This document shows, one piece after another, positions 26,444-39,035 of a stretch of 62,000 bases of DNA. Source of the stretch: Octopus vulgaris (Eukaryota). The stretch's first letter is position 1; each line of letters opens with the position of its first letter. The notes under the pieces are model-generated. The model was not told the DNA's origin, did no database searches, and was given only the letters and a program-made list of their open reading frames with translations. The stretch lies in assembly GCA_951406725.2 (NCBI GenBank), contig OX597834.1, positions 40,134,001 to 40,196,000 on the forward strand, in the 5' to 3' direction. Position numbers and translations under genes: made by a program.

Positions 26444-26851
26444 TCATAAATACAATCAATCAGGATTGAACTGAATGACAAAGGAGGACACATTAGATAA
26501 TGTATTCCAAGGTATACCATCCACTTTTCTATGCTTGCATTGTTTTCCTTCTTTGGCTTCCTCTCTAAACACTGAACCATCAAGGTTAACTCAGGCATCA
26601 CATGCATGCATGTATAAATGTAATATACCCATGTATGTGTGTAGATAAGTAAAAGACCCCTTTCAGTCATGAAAGACCCTTTTCAGTCATTTTTACCCAA
26701 ATGCTGACTTTTTGTTTCTTTTATAAAGACATATATAAATATTTATAATACTTAAACATATCAAAGGGAAATGGAAAATTAAGTATAATTTTCACCTCCA
26801 GTGGCCTAAATTGTAAAAATTTTAGTCCCAAAAGACTATGAATTAGTCATA

Positions 26852-27091
26852 ATATATAGTGTACATTCAAACACATAAGGAATCCATTCATGGAATTCAA
26901 CATGCTAGAAAGAACAGCTAGGTTCTATAACCACAAAAATTAGGGATAAATTTCAACAGGAACAAAATGAAAAATAAAAACATTTTACCATCAAGTTTCC
27001 TAATATTTGTGGTTATAGAACTTAGCTGTTCTTTCTAGCGTGTTGAATTCCACGAGTGGATTCCTTATGTGTTTGAATGTCCACTATATAT
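26852..27091. repeat. Fold-back element: 93-bp inverted arms with a 54-bp spacer
   Basis: 26852-26944 and 26999-27091 are reverse complements with 6 mismatches by eye. Confidence 0.9.
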
Positions 27092-27124
27092 CATAAATAT
27101 TTATAAATATATAAAGAGTAAAAA

Positions 27125-27441
27125 CCTCCTTCGGTCATGAATGACCATGGGATTGCACCTAGAAAGTTCCCTTTTGAGGCACAAGTCCAGGCAAGGTTGT
27201 TTTATGGAAGATCAGCAGTCCCCCATGCATACCAGATTCCCCTCTCCAAGGGAAAGGGAAAGGGGCCGATACAGCTTGGTACCAGTGATGTCGCAATACA
27301 TTTCTACAGCTGAGGGAACTGGAGCAACGGGAAATAAAGTGTCTTGCTCAAGAACACAACATACAGCCTGGTCTGGGATTCGAACTCACTACCTCGAGAT
27401 TGTGAACATGACGCTCTAACCACCGATCCATGCACCTTCAC
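27125..27441 (-). mobile_element. tRNA-headed SINE family E, full length
   Basis: Minus-strand head gtgaaggtgcatggatcggtggttagagcg...gagttcgaatccc. Homologous to 43578-43902. Confidence 0.85.
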
Positions 27442-27689
27442 TGGAGATAAGCACATGTATGTATAAATACAGTTTGCTATATTTCTGAAGATGAAGGCAT
27501 ATACATAGAACGTCTGCACCAGACTGAGGTATTGCCAACAGTCTATTCCTACACACAGGTAAATGATATATCGTCAGGAATAAACACACCTGAGCAGCTG
27601 AGGAAACAGTTTGCAACTGAGATTCCAGGAAAATAAATGGAAATATTCGCTGAATGAGAAAGATTAGTTTAAAAGATGTTGAGGATGTT

Positions 27690-28000
27690 TCAGCCACATG
27701 TGATACATGTGTAGAAGGATAAGGAGAGGGAGAGAGAGAGAAGCTACACATGTCTAATACATATATAAAGGGAATATGAGAGAGTGACTATCACATGTAG
27801 TATGTGTTTAAAAGGAGTATAAGAGGGTAAGTGCCACATGTAATACATATTTAGAGAGAGTATAAAAGAGTAAATACCACACGTCTACTACATGTTTAAA
27901 AGGAATATAAGATAGGGTAAGTACCACATGCGTGATACATGTTTGGAGGGAGTATGAGGGAGAGTAACTATCACATCTACTACATGTGTGGATGGAGTAG
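27690..28000. repeat. Degenerate minisatellite, period about 43-52 bp
   Basis: The motif cacatgt..tacatgtttaaaagga.tat recurs about seven times. Confidence 0.65.
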
Positions 28001-28112
28001 AAAACTCCACTCCATAGGTCAGACTTTAGTCTGACCTATGCAAGCATGGGAAAGTGAACATTAAACAATGGTGATATGGGACGACCTAGATGAGATGATA
28101 TGTATAAATATA

Positions 28113-28143
<31 letters not shown>

Positions 28144-28374
28144 TTCTTTTATTTTTGCCTAAGGTGCCATGTAGTGGGACTGAACTAGGAACCATGTGGT
28201 TGGTAAGCAAGCTACACCTATATATATATATGTGTGTGTGTGTGTATGTATGTTGGCCAGCTTGCACAGCCAGCTGGGTGCCGTCATTTGAAGGCTAAAA
28301 CAATGCGAAGTGCATCGTCACCAGCGGTGTAGCAACATCAATTAAATAATGAACTGAATTTATATATATTGATA

Positions 28375-28560
28375 GATATGGTAAGACAACAAAAGAATGA
28401 AAGAGACCTCGATATTATGTAAAATAGAGGAATTTATCTGTAAATGTAATATGTGATAATTTTTCGATAGCCATGATAAAACTCTGAGTTTCGGATGTCG
28501 GGGCAGAAACCCACTCCGGCATCTCTTCCATTATCCGGCCATCGAAAAGCCATTCAATGA
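28375..28560. repeat. Dispersed repeat, possibly a Penelope-like terminal fragment; partial copy at 19085-19145
   Basis: Shares ggtaaga.aacaaaagaa.gaaagagacctc.atattatgtaaa with 19085. Family assignment is inference. Confidence 0.5.
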
Positions 28561-28651
28561 TTCCATCTGACTCATGCAAGCACAGAAAAGAGGACATTAC
28601 AAAGAACAGGATGATGATGATGACGACGAAAAAGATGGTGTTTACTTGTGC

Positions 28652-28718
<67 letters not shown>

Positions 28719-30476
28719 GGAGAGAAGTGTAGAGAGGATTAACTAGAAAGATAAAGGAATCAGCTTTAAGATATTTGATAAATACTTGCTTTGATATATT
28801 GATATATTTTAGAGTAAGAAACCCGTCAATTGTTTGCTGACCTCTCAACCAAGTAACGGTGGATGGTGTGTGATATCTATGCTGTCCCCTGCCCTGACCC
28901 CTCTCCTTTCTCTCCTTTCTCTTCTTTCTCCAATACATTAGCAACACAACAGAAGGAAAATTAGCAACCACCAAGAATTAAAGCTAATTTGCAGATTCAA
29001 TAAAGCAAAGGAAGCACAGTGCTTATTATATCGAGCCGGATGGACCAGCTCGATATATAGATGGATTGGGGGAATGGGTAGGTTGATAAACGGATAGGGA
29101 GATGGATGGATGGGTGGAGGGAGGGAGGCAGAGAGTGAGTTTATAAAGATTGTCAAGATAAATAATTGAGTAAACATCATCATTTTAGCATCCCTCTTTT
29201 CATGGTAGCCTGGTTCGGGACACATGGTGTGATGCGCTGGGTAAGAAGTGATATATCAACAGATAGCTGTGTGTGTGTGTGTGTATGAATCTAAAATGTC
29301 ATATACTTTATACATGTGAGTGTATGAATCTCATATATACATATATACATATGTAATCAATATTTAATACATTTATATATACATACACATATATATCATC
29401 AAGTAACATCTATCAGCCATGCTGGAATTGCATATGCGTGTATGTGTGTGTATTTAAAATTGGAGTATTAAATCATTACCAATGTCTCTGGTAGGAATGT
29501 TTAACAGACATGGGGTGTGTACATGTGTGTGTGTGTGTGTAATATATACATACATACATACATACATACATACATACATACATACATACACACATTGCAT
29601 TGATGGGTAAATATTCTTTATTTGTGGGTTACCAAGGCAACTAACAGTTTCATGTGAGATCTTCACTTGAACAATTGTGTAGACTACTTGATATGAAACC
29701 ATTGGTTGCTTTGTTAACCCACAGAGCATATATACAAGATGTGCTAAAAAGTTCTTGGCTTTGAGTAAAAGAAAATGCAAGAAGATCAGTTAATTATGAT
29801 TTTATTCAACATATTCCCCTCTCAGGTCACACAATTATTATATATATATAATTTCAATATGGAGCAAATAATTCACAAAAAAAAAATAATTCATGAAAAA
29901 ATAATTTGCACAGATACCACTGACTTATATTATTTAGTGTAACAATTTAAAAATGGTAATAACAGAATCAATAATATAGATGATTGCAGGCCCCAAAAAA
30001 AGCATTAAATAGCTGGCAATTTAAATAAGAGTTTTGACTGTTATTTCCAGCAGGTAGACATACTTAATATGTCCTTTAATTAATTTTATATATATATAGG
30101 ACAGGTGTAGCAGTATTTTACACTTGCTTATACAACACAAATGTACTGAATGGCAGTGTGTAGAGTAACATGTTATGTATGTATAACTTAACTGCTATAC
30201 CCTTTTCCTATATGGGAATGAGGTGTATAGCGGTGGAGCATACAGTACTTATTATGTATGTATAATGCAGCCTGTCAAGACTATTTTATGCTATACAAAG
30301 TTTTGAACAATACAAGAGATGTTTAAGAATTGTTGCAGAAACAATCAAATTTACCAATTTTTTTTTTTACTGAAAGCTTCAATTAAATCAGAATTCTCTT
30401 ATAGAACAATGGCATCGATAAATCTTATAATTATATACACGCATGCACATTGTGTATATATGTGTGTGTGTATATT

Positions 30477-30532
<56 letters not shown>

Positions 30533-30639
30533 TACACACACACAGACATATACACACATGTATAATAGGACACATACAAATAATATGCAAATACCCGTAT
30601 TTAGTGACATCTATACAAGCACATACATGCATACACACA

Positions 30640-30984
30640 CACTACATATACATCTATACATTATATATACACACATACACACACATTACGTATACATCTA
30701 TACATTATATACATGGACATACACACACATTACATATACATCTATACATTATATATACACACATACACATCTATACATTATATATATATACACACATTCA
30801 CATACATACACATCTATACATATATATATACACACACACACACACATACACATCTATACATATATATATATATACACACACACACATACACATCTATACA
30901 TATATATATATATACACACACACATACATACACATCTATACATATATACATATATATATACACACACACACACACATACACATC

Positions 30985-31026
<42 letters not shown>

Positions 31027-31140
31027 TACACATCTATACATATATATATACACACACACATACATACCCATCTATACATATATATATATATACACACACA
31101 CATACATACACATCTATACATTATATATATATATACACCC
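30640..31140. repeat. Microsatellite-derived minisatellite (acacacatacacatctatacatatatat core)
   Basis: The anchor catctataca recurs more than ten times with variable (CA)n/(TA)n lengths. Confidence 0.9.
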
Positions 31141-31476
31141 TCCACACACACACACACGTATAATACAAACACATAATAATAATACTATAGAGATACACAC
31201 ATTCAATTGTATCTATATATACATGCACTCACACGGGTATACACTGAATTCTAAATATTTAATTGGTAGCAAATAGAATGAATTGCTCGTAAAGAGTCCA
31301 TTTATCATTATTTGTATTTTTTAATTGTTTTAGATGTACTTTATGACATACACAGACATTAACATACAAAAATACAACTATATATTAATAAAACACACAC
31401 ACATACACACACCAAATTAAGACACCTACAAACATACACATGTGTGTGTGTAGAGAGAGAGAGAGAAAGAGAGAGA

Positions 31477-31984
31477 GAGGGGTGTGCTGAAAAGTTCCTA
31501 GTTTTAAGAGTATAGTGAAAGGCCTGATTGGAGGTGCAACCTTCTTTTACAGGGCTTAGAACAAATGAAGGACCGCACCAATAAATGTAGGAATCTGAGA
31601 AGGGGTGTCTTGCAAACAACTTGCACATGCAAGTGCTACCAGTCAAAAGCTCCGTATACCGGAAGCCGGCAAGTGTATGGGGTCATCAGGAGAGAATGCG
31701 CGCCGTTTCGGGGCCTACCTCTCGACGGCATCAATGCGCACCGGCCGCCACCTCACTGATATGAGGCCCCGCTTGCTAGATCAGCTGGTTAAGAAGTTAA
31801 ACTCAATATCCTTCTAGCCATCGCTCATTGTCTCTTTTTAACCAAATCCAGTGGCTAGCCTTCTCCACTGTAGATTGGATATCAGTCATGGTGGTATTGA
31901 CTTTACGATGAGTTAGGCCTAGCAATAACTGTTCTTCCTGTATTTTCTTTTACCCAAAGCAAAGAATTTTTCAGCATCCTCTCA
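31477..31984. mobile_element. Mariner-type MITE with an internal insertion; partial copies at 29735-29835 and 57088-57198
   Basis: Inverted termini gaggggtgtgctgaaaagttcc and aagaatttttcagcatcctctc, followed by TA. Confidence 0.72.
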
Positions 31985-32603
31985 TATACGAGCCAGTGTA
32001 AGAGCTTCCACCTTGGTATTAGTCTTGCTTGAAATAACAGTCAATCCGCCCTCAAATCATAACCTATCATCATAAAAGGAGTGAGAGAGAGAAAGAGAGA
32101 GACATACTAGAGGATGAAGTCCTAGAAATGTAATGGAATAATGATGGGAAGGTCATGGCTGGTATGACTCTACACACTCTCTTCCAGGGCCGAAACATTG
32201 CTGATTGGTAGAGTTATGTCAAACAACTATGGTCACATGTAAGATGGGTCCAGCTATCAACTGAGTCCATTGTAAAGATTACCAAAACAGTCAGGGCTGG
32301 ATAAAGACCCCTACAGACCCTAAGCGCTTAAAAGATTTTGGTGCCCCCATAGATATGTAATTCAAAATACAAACAAAGATAAACCATAAAATAAATTTCT
32401 ATTTTTCCTCCTCTTATTATTATTATTAGTTTTAGCAAACTAGACAAAATGCTTAGCGGTATTTCACTCATTGCTACGTTCCGAGTTCAAATTCCACCAA
32501 GGCTGACTTTGCCTTCCATTCTTTTGAGGTCGATAAATTAAGTACCAGTGAAATACTGGGGTCAATGTAATCAAATTTCAGGCATTATGCCTTTAGCAAA
32601 AAG

Positions 32604-32644
<41 letters not shown>

Positions 32645-32829
32645 GGATGACTACATCTACATCATCCCTCCCACCCTCCTTTTTTCCCCCTTTTCTTAAC
32701 CTTTGAATATTATTCTTTTACTCTTTTACTAGTTTCAGTCATTTGACTGTGGCCATGCTGGAGCACTGCCTTTAGTCAAACAAATCGACCCCAGAACTTA
32801 TTATTATTATTTTTATTATTATCATTATT

Positions 32830-33289
32830 ATTATTGAGCGAGAGAGCAGTGCTTGCCATCAAAGTGACACTGGGGTAAAATATACGAAGCCCAATGTACC
32901 CATCATGACTACCCGTCTGATAAGGGTACACCAGGCACATGCATCACAACCATATGTGTGCGACATGGTGATCTCATATCAAGATAAACTGCACATGACC
33001 TTGCAGGTAGGGCCCAGTTAGAATTTTCTTCTGGTCGAGTAACCCATCCTGCTTAAAGGTCCTTGAATAAGGGTTGTTTAAGGATGTTGAACAAAACACC
33101 CATGTTTCCAGAGGTGAATTATTCAAACCCCAAAGAATCCCTCTCAACACATGGCTATGATGCTCCCCCACTACTTCTGCTCGTGATCAGAGATGCACAT
33201 CTCGTCAGCCACAAAGGGTCATGCTCAACTGGTTAAGGTCAAGCAACTGACTAACAAATCTGTGGTATTGAGCAGAAAACTTGCTGTAG
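32830..33289 (-). mobile_element. Retroposon 3' end with (AAT)n tail (family D); second copy at 54433-54660
   Basis: The two copies are similar over about 220 bp and start at the same microsatellite tail. Confidence 0.75.
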
Positions 33290-33535
33290 TAACAAGACAA
33301 AACAATGTAATGATAACACTTCCAATCAGTTAAGATAAGAAGCTACGAGTCACTGCCTAGTATTGCATCAGGGCCTTTATTATTATTATTATTATTATTA
33401 TCATTCTTATTCTATGTTTGACTTTTGCTTTATGTCTGTACAAGTTGGCTCCAAGTCTCACCCAGAGACCTCAAGAGACAACAGGTTGGAAGTTCACGTT
33501 GTTGTTATGCCTAGTTATTATCATTATTATTATTA

Positions 33536-33575
<40 letters not shown>

Positions 33576-34626
33576 CATTATTATTATTATTATCATCATC
33601 ATTACTATTATTATTATCATTATTATTATTATTATTTGTTGTTGTTGTTGTTATTATTATTGCTGTTGTTTTAAACTTTAAAACCTTTCACCCAATGTGT
33701 CTGTCTAAAGACTGGATATAAAGATAAATGCTTTTCACAAAATCTGGCAAAAATATAAAAATACAAGAAAAAAAGAAAAAGCTAAAAAGACCTTCTGTCC
33801 ACCACCACCACCACCACCCCTGCCCCCACACTTCACTTCCTTCCCTTCTATCCTCCTATCTTTCGTCCTACAAAACACATCCATTAGGCTTCTTTCTTTC
33901 TTTCTGAAAACAAACAAACAAACACACACAAAAGGAAAAAAAAAAACCTATCGTTTGTTTTGTAGTAATAATTAAGAAATTAGTTATTTATTGATTGGAA
34001 TAAGTTATGTTAACTAATTAGCAACAAATTATTTACTTGGGGCAGAGTGATGGTGGTGGGAGTGGAAGAAGAGAGGAGGAGGAGGAGGAGTAGAAAGGAG
34101 GGAGGGGTGACAGAAATCAGCATAAAGCATGCATGAGTGGTTTCAACCACACTTGAGTACTTTGTATATATAATTAAATCACTTCACATAACTTACAGGG
34201 TGTATATGTGTGTATGCGCATATATGTGTGTCTGTGTATACACACACAGACACACAGAAAGTTAAATGGGATAGTTATGCGCATAAATCAAGACAAAAGT
34301 CTGTTTTGTTTTGCAAAAGAAAAAAAACAAGAGTTCTTTTGAAAAACTCTTGTGTCTAATCAAGCGTGAAGTCGACAATTACCAGACAAAACAAAAGAAT
34401 AAAAACAAATTATCTTAACAAAGTGTGAATGCAATCATGCATGCCTAAACATATATGGGTTTCAAATTTTGGCACAAGGCCAGTAATTTCAGGGGCGGAG
34501 GGTAAGTTAATTATATCAATGCTACCAGCACTTGTCTGGTACTTTAGTTTATCGCTGCCCACCTCACCTGCCCCCACAAACAGATAAAAGGCAAAGTCGA
34601 CCTGGGTAGGATTTGAACTCCACTCT

Positions 34627-34860
34627 TATTTCTTTATTGCCCACAAGGGGCTAAACATAGAGGGGACAAACAATGACAGATAAAGGGATTAAGTCAATTA
34701 CATCGACCCCAGTGTGTAACTGGTACTTTATTTATCGATCCCGAAAGGATGAAAGGCAGAGATGACCTCGGCAGAATTTGAACTCAGAACATAACGGCAG
34801 ACGAAATACCACTAAGCATTTCGCCCACCTTTGCTAACATCTCTGCCAGCTTGTCGCCTT
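34627..34860 (-). mobile_element. Full-length SINE family A with a perfect 15-bp target-site duplication
   Basis: tttgaactccactct occurs at 34612-34626 and 34861-34875. Confidence 0.92.
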
Positions 34861-35123
34861 TTTGAACTCCACTCTGCTGAGTGGTTGGTGTTAGGAAGGG
34901 CATCCAGCTGTAAAAATCATGCTAAGAGGGTCACAGAAGTCTGGTGCAGGCTTCGGCTTGTGAAACCATCCCAACCATGCTAGCATGGGAAGAGGATGTT
35001 AAACGATGATGATGGGTGTAAAGAGATAGAAGAGATTCGCTAATTACTTTACAGGGTATACGGACAATTTGTCGACAGACAGTTGGCTGACAGACAACTT
35101 ACAGACAGGACAATTGGTCATAT

Positions 35124-35240
35124 GGTGAAATCCTGTTGCCCGATGTAGGGTGTTCCAGCAGCCACCCTCTTGATCCAAGACAGCACAATCTTCTCCAGGC
35201 ACTTGATGTAGGCCTCTGTGTTGAGTCTGAGGCCATGTAA
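35124..35240 (-). pseudogene. Tc1/mariner DD37D (maT-like) transposase fragment
   Basis: Reads LHGLRLNTEAYIKCLEKIVLSWIKRVAAGTPYIGQQD, resembling the segment before the QQDxAPxH catalytic motif. Confidence 0.72.
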
Positions 35241-36548
35241 GAATTGTCTGTTGGCAAATTATCTGCACACGCTTTAAAGAGTGTGCTGGGTTATTTTTAT
35301 TGAGGCGCCAGTATTAGTGAGGGTGAGGATGCCTGGTGACCCGCTTGACAGAAGGGGTCCCCACTGCCCTAAAGCATTTCCATGTATTTAAGGTAACAGA
35401 TCAAGTGGAATAGAAAGTGAATGGAGATGGTGCTAGGGTGAGAATGATAAGGGAAATAGATTGGGACAACAGCACGGAAAGAGAACTGGGAGGGACAGTG
35501 ATGGCAAAGAGTGATGAGTGAGAGATTAAAGACAAAGTATAATGAGAAAAACTGTATCAATAGAGGGTAATGGAAGAGAAACAATAATGGCAGCTGCAAA
35601 TTTGCAGGTGAGAGAGAGAGAGAAAGAGAACAAGAGATAAAAATGAGAGGGAGAGAGAGAGAGAGAGAGAGAATGTGTAATGACATAGTAGAATGTGAAA
35701 GACAGTAAGAGCAGAGAGACAATAATGACAACATATTTCCAGGTAAGAGAGAGAGAGGGAGAGAGAGAGAGAGATAGATAGTTGTAAAAAGTGTAATGGA
35801 GATTAGTAATGAGTGCCCCAGGGATGGGGGAGGAGACAAGATTGGTGACTAGCAGTATGGAGGGGCAAGGAGGAGCACATCACAAATGACAGCAGTGGTG
35901 GTGGTCGTGGTGGTGGTGGTTATGTTAGCAGAGAAGAAAATCTTGAAGAGCATCAATAAAAATCTTCCATCTGTGAGAAAATGGATGTCACATCTCAAAG
36001 ACAGGGAATTCTATTGATTAAATATCAACGAGACATTCTCAACCATTTTCACTTTTCTGTGAGATTTGATGCTTTTTTCTATGAACCAGAGATTACTTTC
36101 CATAGAAAATAAAATTAACTTCTTCCATATTAAAAGAACCATACTTAATTGTCATCTACAGATTAACAATCATCTTAGACTGCCAAACACTTCTCAGAAT
36201 GGTTTGACCAACATCACAGTCAGTCGACCAGCTAGAAATAGCAGCCAAATCTCTCATGAATAATACCATTGTCATCATTTATTTTTGTCCACTTTTCCCC
36301 TGCTTTCATAGATCAGACAGAATTTATTGTGGCAGATTTTCCTGTGGCCAGATGCCCTTCTGGTCACCAACCCTCACCTGTTTCTGAGGAAGGTAATTCC
36401 CACCCCCCATAATCAGGTATGTTTACATGAAAAATTAGAAATAAAGGACACCCCACCCCAACTTGTATGGTGGAGACACATTTACAATTATGTGATATCA
36501 AGCTTACACACACCTCTCCATACCTACATACATATATATATATATATA

Positions 36549-36713
36549 CTGTTGTGTCTGGGGAGAGTCATTTTCTTTTTGTGCCTTACCACTAAAATTT
36601 CCACTTTTTTCTTATTTTTATTTTCCTAAACTTTTCGTTGCATCTTGCAACCTTTTCAATAGTCTTGACTCTATAAGGCACAAAAAGAAAATGACTCTCC
36701 CCATACACAACAG
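36549..36713. mobile_element. 165-bp MITE with about 40-bp terminal inverted repeats
   Basis: ctgttgtgtctgggagagtcattttctttttgtgcctta versus taaggcacaaaaagaaaatgactctccccatacacaacag: one mismatch and one indel. Confidence 0.85.
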
Positions 36714-37480
36714 AATATGCTTCAACACACAAACTCATATAAAGAATCTTGCAAACCAAATCATTACCGTATTCATTTTGAGATGTTCTGTGATTCTTTT
36801 AGTTAATTTTAAATATAACAAAGAATTTAGTAAAATAACTAAGTTATCATTTAGCTAGTGTTAGGAACATAAATTGTGACTAAGGTTTGGTGGGAGATTT
36901 TAATTCAGAACTTTTGAAAACAAGACATTTCTACTACAGAACCAAAGGCAGTTTCAGCCGGGTTAGCACCAAAAAGGTTAATAAAAAAAATAATAATAAT
37001 AACAATAATAATAGTAATAATAATAATAATAATAATAATGATAATAATAATAATAATAGACGTGATCCATCCAACATTTTGCACAGATTATAGGATTCAT
37101 GATTTGCAGGGATAATTGGTTGCTATTTCTATCAGGCTGGTCAACCACATGATGGCACCACACTCATAATTGATTGGTCTTTGTTCTTGGAACAAACGAA
37201 GCATGAAATATATTAACAATTTCAAAAACTACTCCTTACTTTTTTAACTCTGGGCCTCACCCCTCATCATTCATCACTCACCATTCACCACTCACCATTC
37301 TACCAAAATCATCACCATTCCTCCTCCATCTTTGAAAAAAATTAGTCGAATGTTTTGAAGAGAGATAAAGAAGGTTGGCCAAATTCCAGAAGATTTAAAC
37401 TATTTATTATTTTTATTTAAATAATTTAACATTAACGATATCTGGTTTCATTGCTGCAACAGACCGAAGCGATTCCTTAC

Positions 37481-37497
37481 AATTGGTTCATGCAACA
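37481..37497 (-). CDS. Candidate 17-nt micro-exon, (V)LHEPI
   Basis: Pyrimidine-rich acceptor attctttcgctgccgttcttgtgcag followed 17 nt later by gtaagg. A phase-1 start is compatible with the end of the 41515 exon. Confidence 0.38.
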
Positions 37498-37584
37498 CTG
37501 CACAAGAACGGCAGCGAAAGAATGGCAATAAATGGCTATTATGGAAATGTAAAATTCTTGTTTACATGATTCTGAATAGGACAG

Positions 37585-38153
37585 TGGGACGATGATGATG
37601 AGGGTGATGATGATGATGGTGGTGAGGATCATGGTAATGATGATGGTGGTGGTGGTGGTTATGATGATGGTGGTGGTGGTAGTAGTGGTGGTGGTGATGA
37701 TGATGATGATGGTGGTGGTGATGGTGGTGATGATGATGGTGGTGGTTATGATGATGCAATGCGATGATGATGATGATGATGATGGTAGTGATGGCAATGG
37801 TAGTGGCATACTATGATGGCGGTGGTAGGGGTCGGGGCCATTGTGGTGGTGGTGGTGGTGGTGGTGCTGATACTGATGGTGTTTACAGTGATGATGGTTA
37901 GAAATGATGATGGTGGGATTGATGATGATGATGATGATTGCATCAGTTACATACAATAACAAAAAAAAAACAAATTGGAAATCAATAATCGATGAGGAAG
38001 GTTTCAACTTTACCGATAACCATCCTAGTAATGGTGGTGATGATGATGATAGAAGTGGTGATGATGATGATGATAACAACCATGATGACAAAGATGATTA
38101 TGGTGATGTGGGAATGACGATGAGGATGATGGTGACTGTCAATGACGATGGCA

Positions 38154-38185
<32 letters not shown>

Positions 38186-38220
38186 GGTGGTAGTGATGAC
38201 AATAACGATGATGATGACAG
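37585..38220. repeat. (GAT)n/(GGT)n compound microsatellite region
   Basis: Read directly from the sequence. Confidence 0.92.
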
Positions 38221-38244
38221 TGTATATATGTCTACATGTGTGTG

Positions 38245-38279
<35 letters not shown>

Positions 38280-38484
38280 CTTTGTGTCTGTTTGTCCCCT
38301 ACCACCATCTGTTGATGTGTTTACGTCCCCGTAACTGAGCAGTTCAGCAAAAGCGACTGATAGAATAAGTACCAGGCTTTAACAGAAAAAAATATACTAC
38401 TGGGATCAATTCATTCAAATAAAAATTCAAAGCATTGCTCCAGCATGGCCGTGATACTAGTAACTGGTAAAAGACAAATTACAG

Positions 38485-38644
38485 ATGCAGGCATGGCTGA
38501 ATGGTAAGAAGTTTGCTCTAACGTCCACGTGGTTTTAGGTTCAGTCCCACCGTGTGGTACCTTGAGCAAGTATCTTCTATTATAGCCCCAGGCCTTGTAA
38601 GTGGATCTGGTAGATAAAGCCTGAAAGAAGCCAGTTGCGTGTGT

Positions 38645-38733
<89 letters not shown>

Positions 38734-39035
38734 TGTGTGTGTTTGTTTGTGTGTGTGTGTGTTTGTGTATGTGTGCAGAAATATGAGTGTGTTGCTGTTT
38801 CTTTGTTTTTACATCACATGGTGGTTGTAAACAAGAGTCACCATCATACAAGCAGTGTCGTTTGTTTCCAGTCTGCTGGAAAAACATGTCTGGCCACGGG
38901 GAGATGTCACCTTGTTTCAAAGCAGATGAGGGTTGGCAACAGGGAGAGCATCCAGCCGTAGGAAAATCTGCCTTGATAGACTCCATCCGACCCATGCAAG
39001 CAGAGAAAAGTGAACATTAAGACAATGATGATGAT
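38485..39035 (+). mobile_element. Hybrid SINE: family B head, (TG)n, RTE-like tail ending in (GAT)n
   Basis: The same arrangement occurs at 48460-48850. Tail-only copies are at 49080-49270, 58085-58410 and 36280-36500 (minus). Confidence 0.7.

Noticed and set aside
31683-31710. GAAAC and CTGATGA on the minus strand of the CpG-rich insert
   Set aside because: Only 15 nt separate them in this order and stem II cannot form, so no hammerhead topology. An HDV-like fold also failed by eye.
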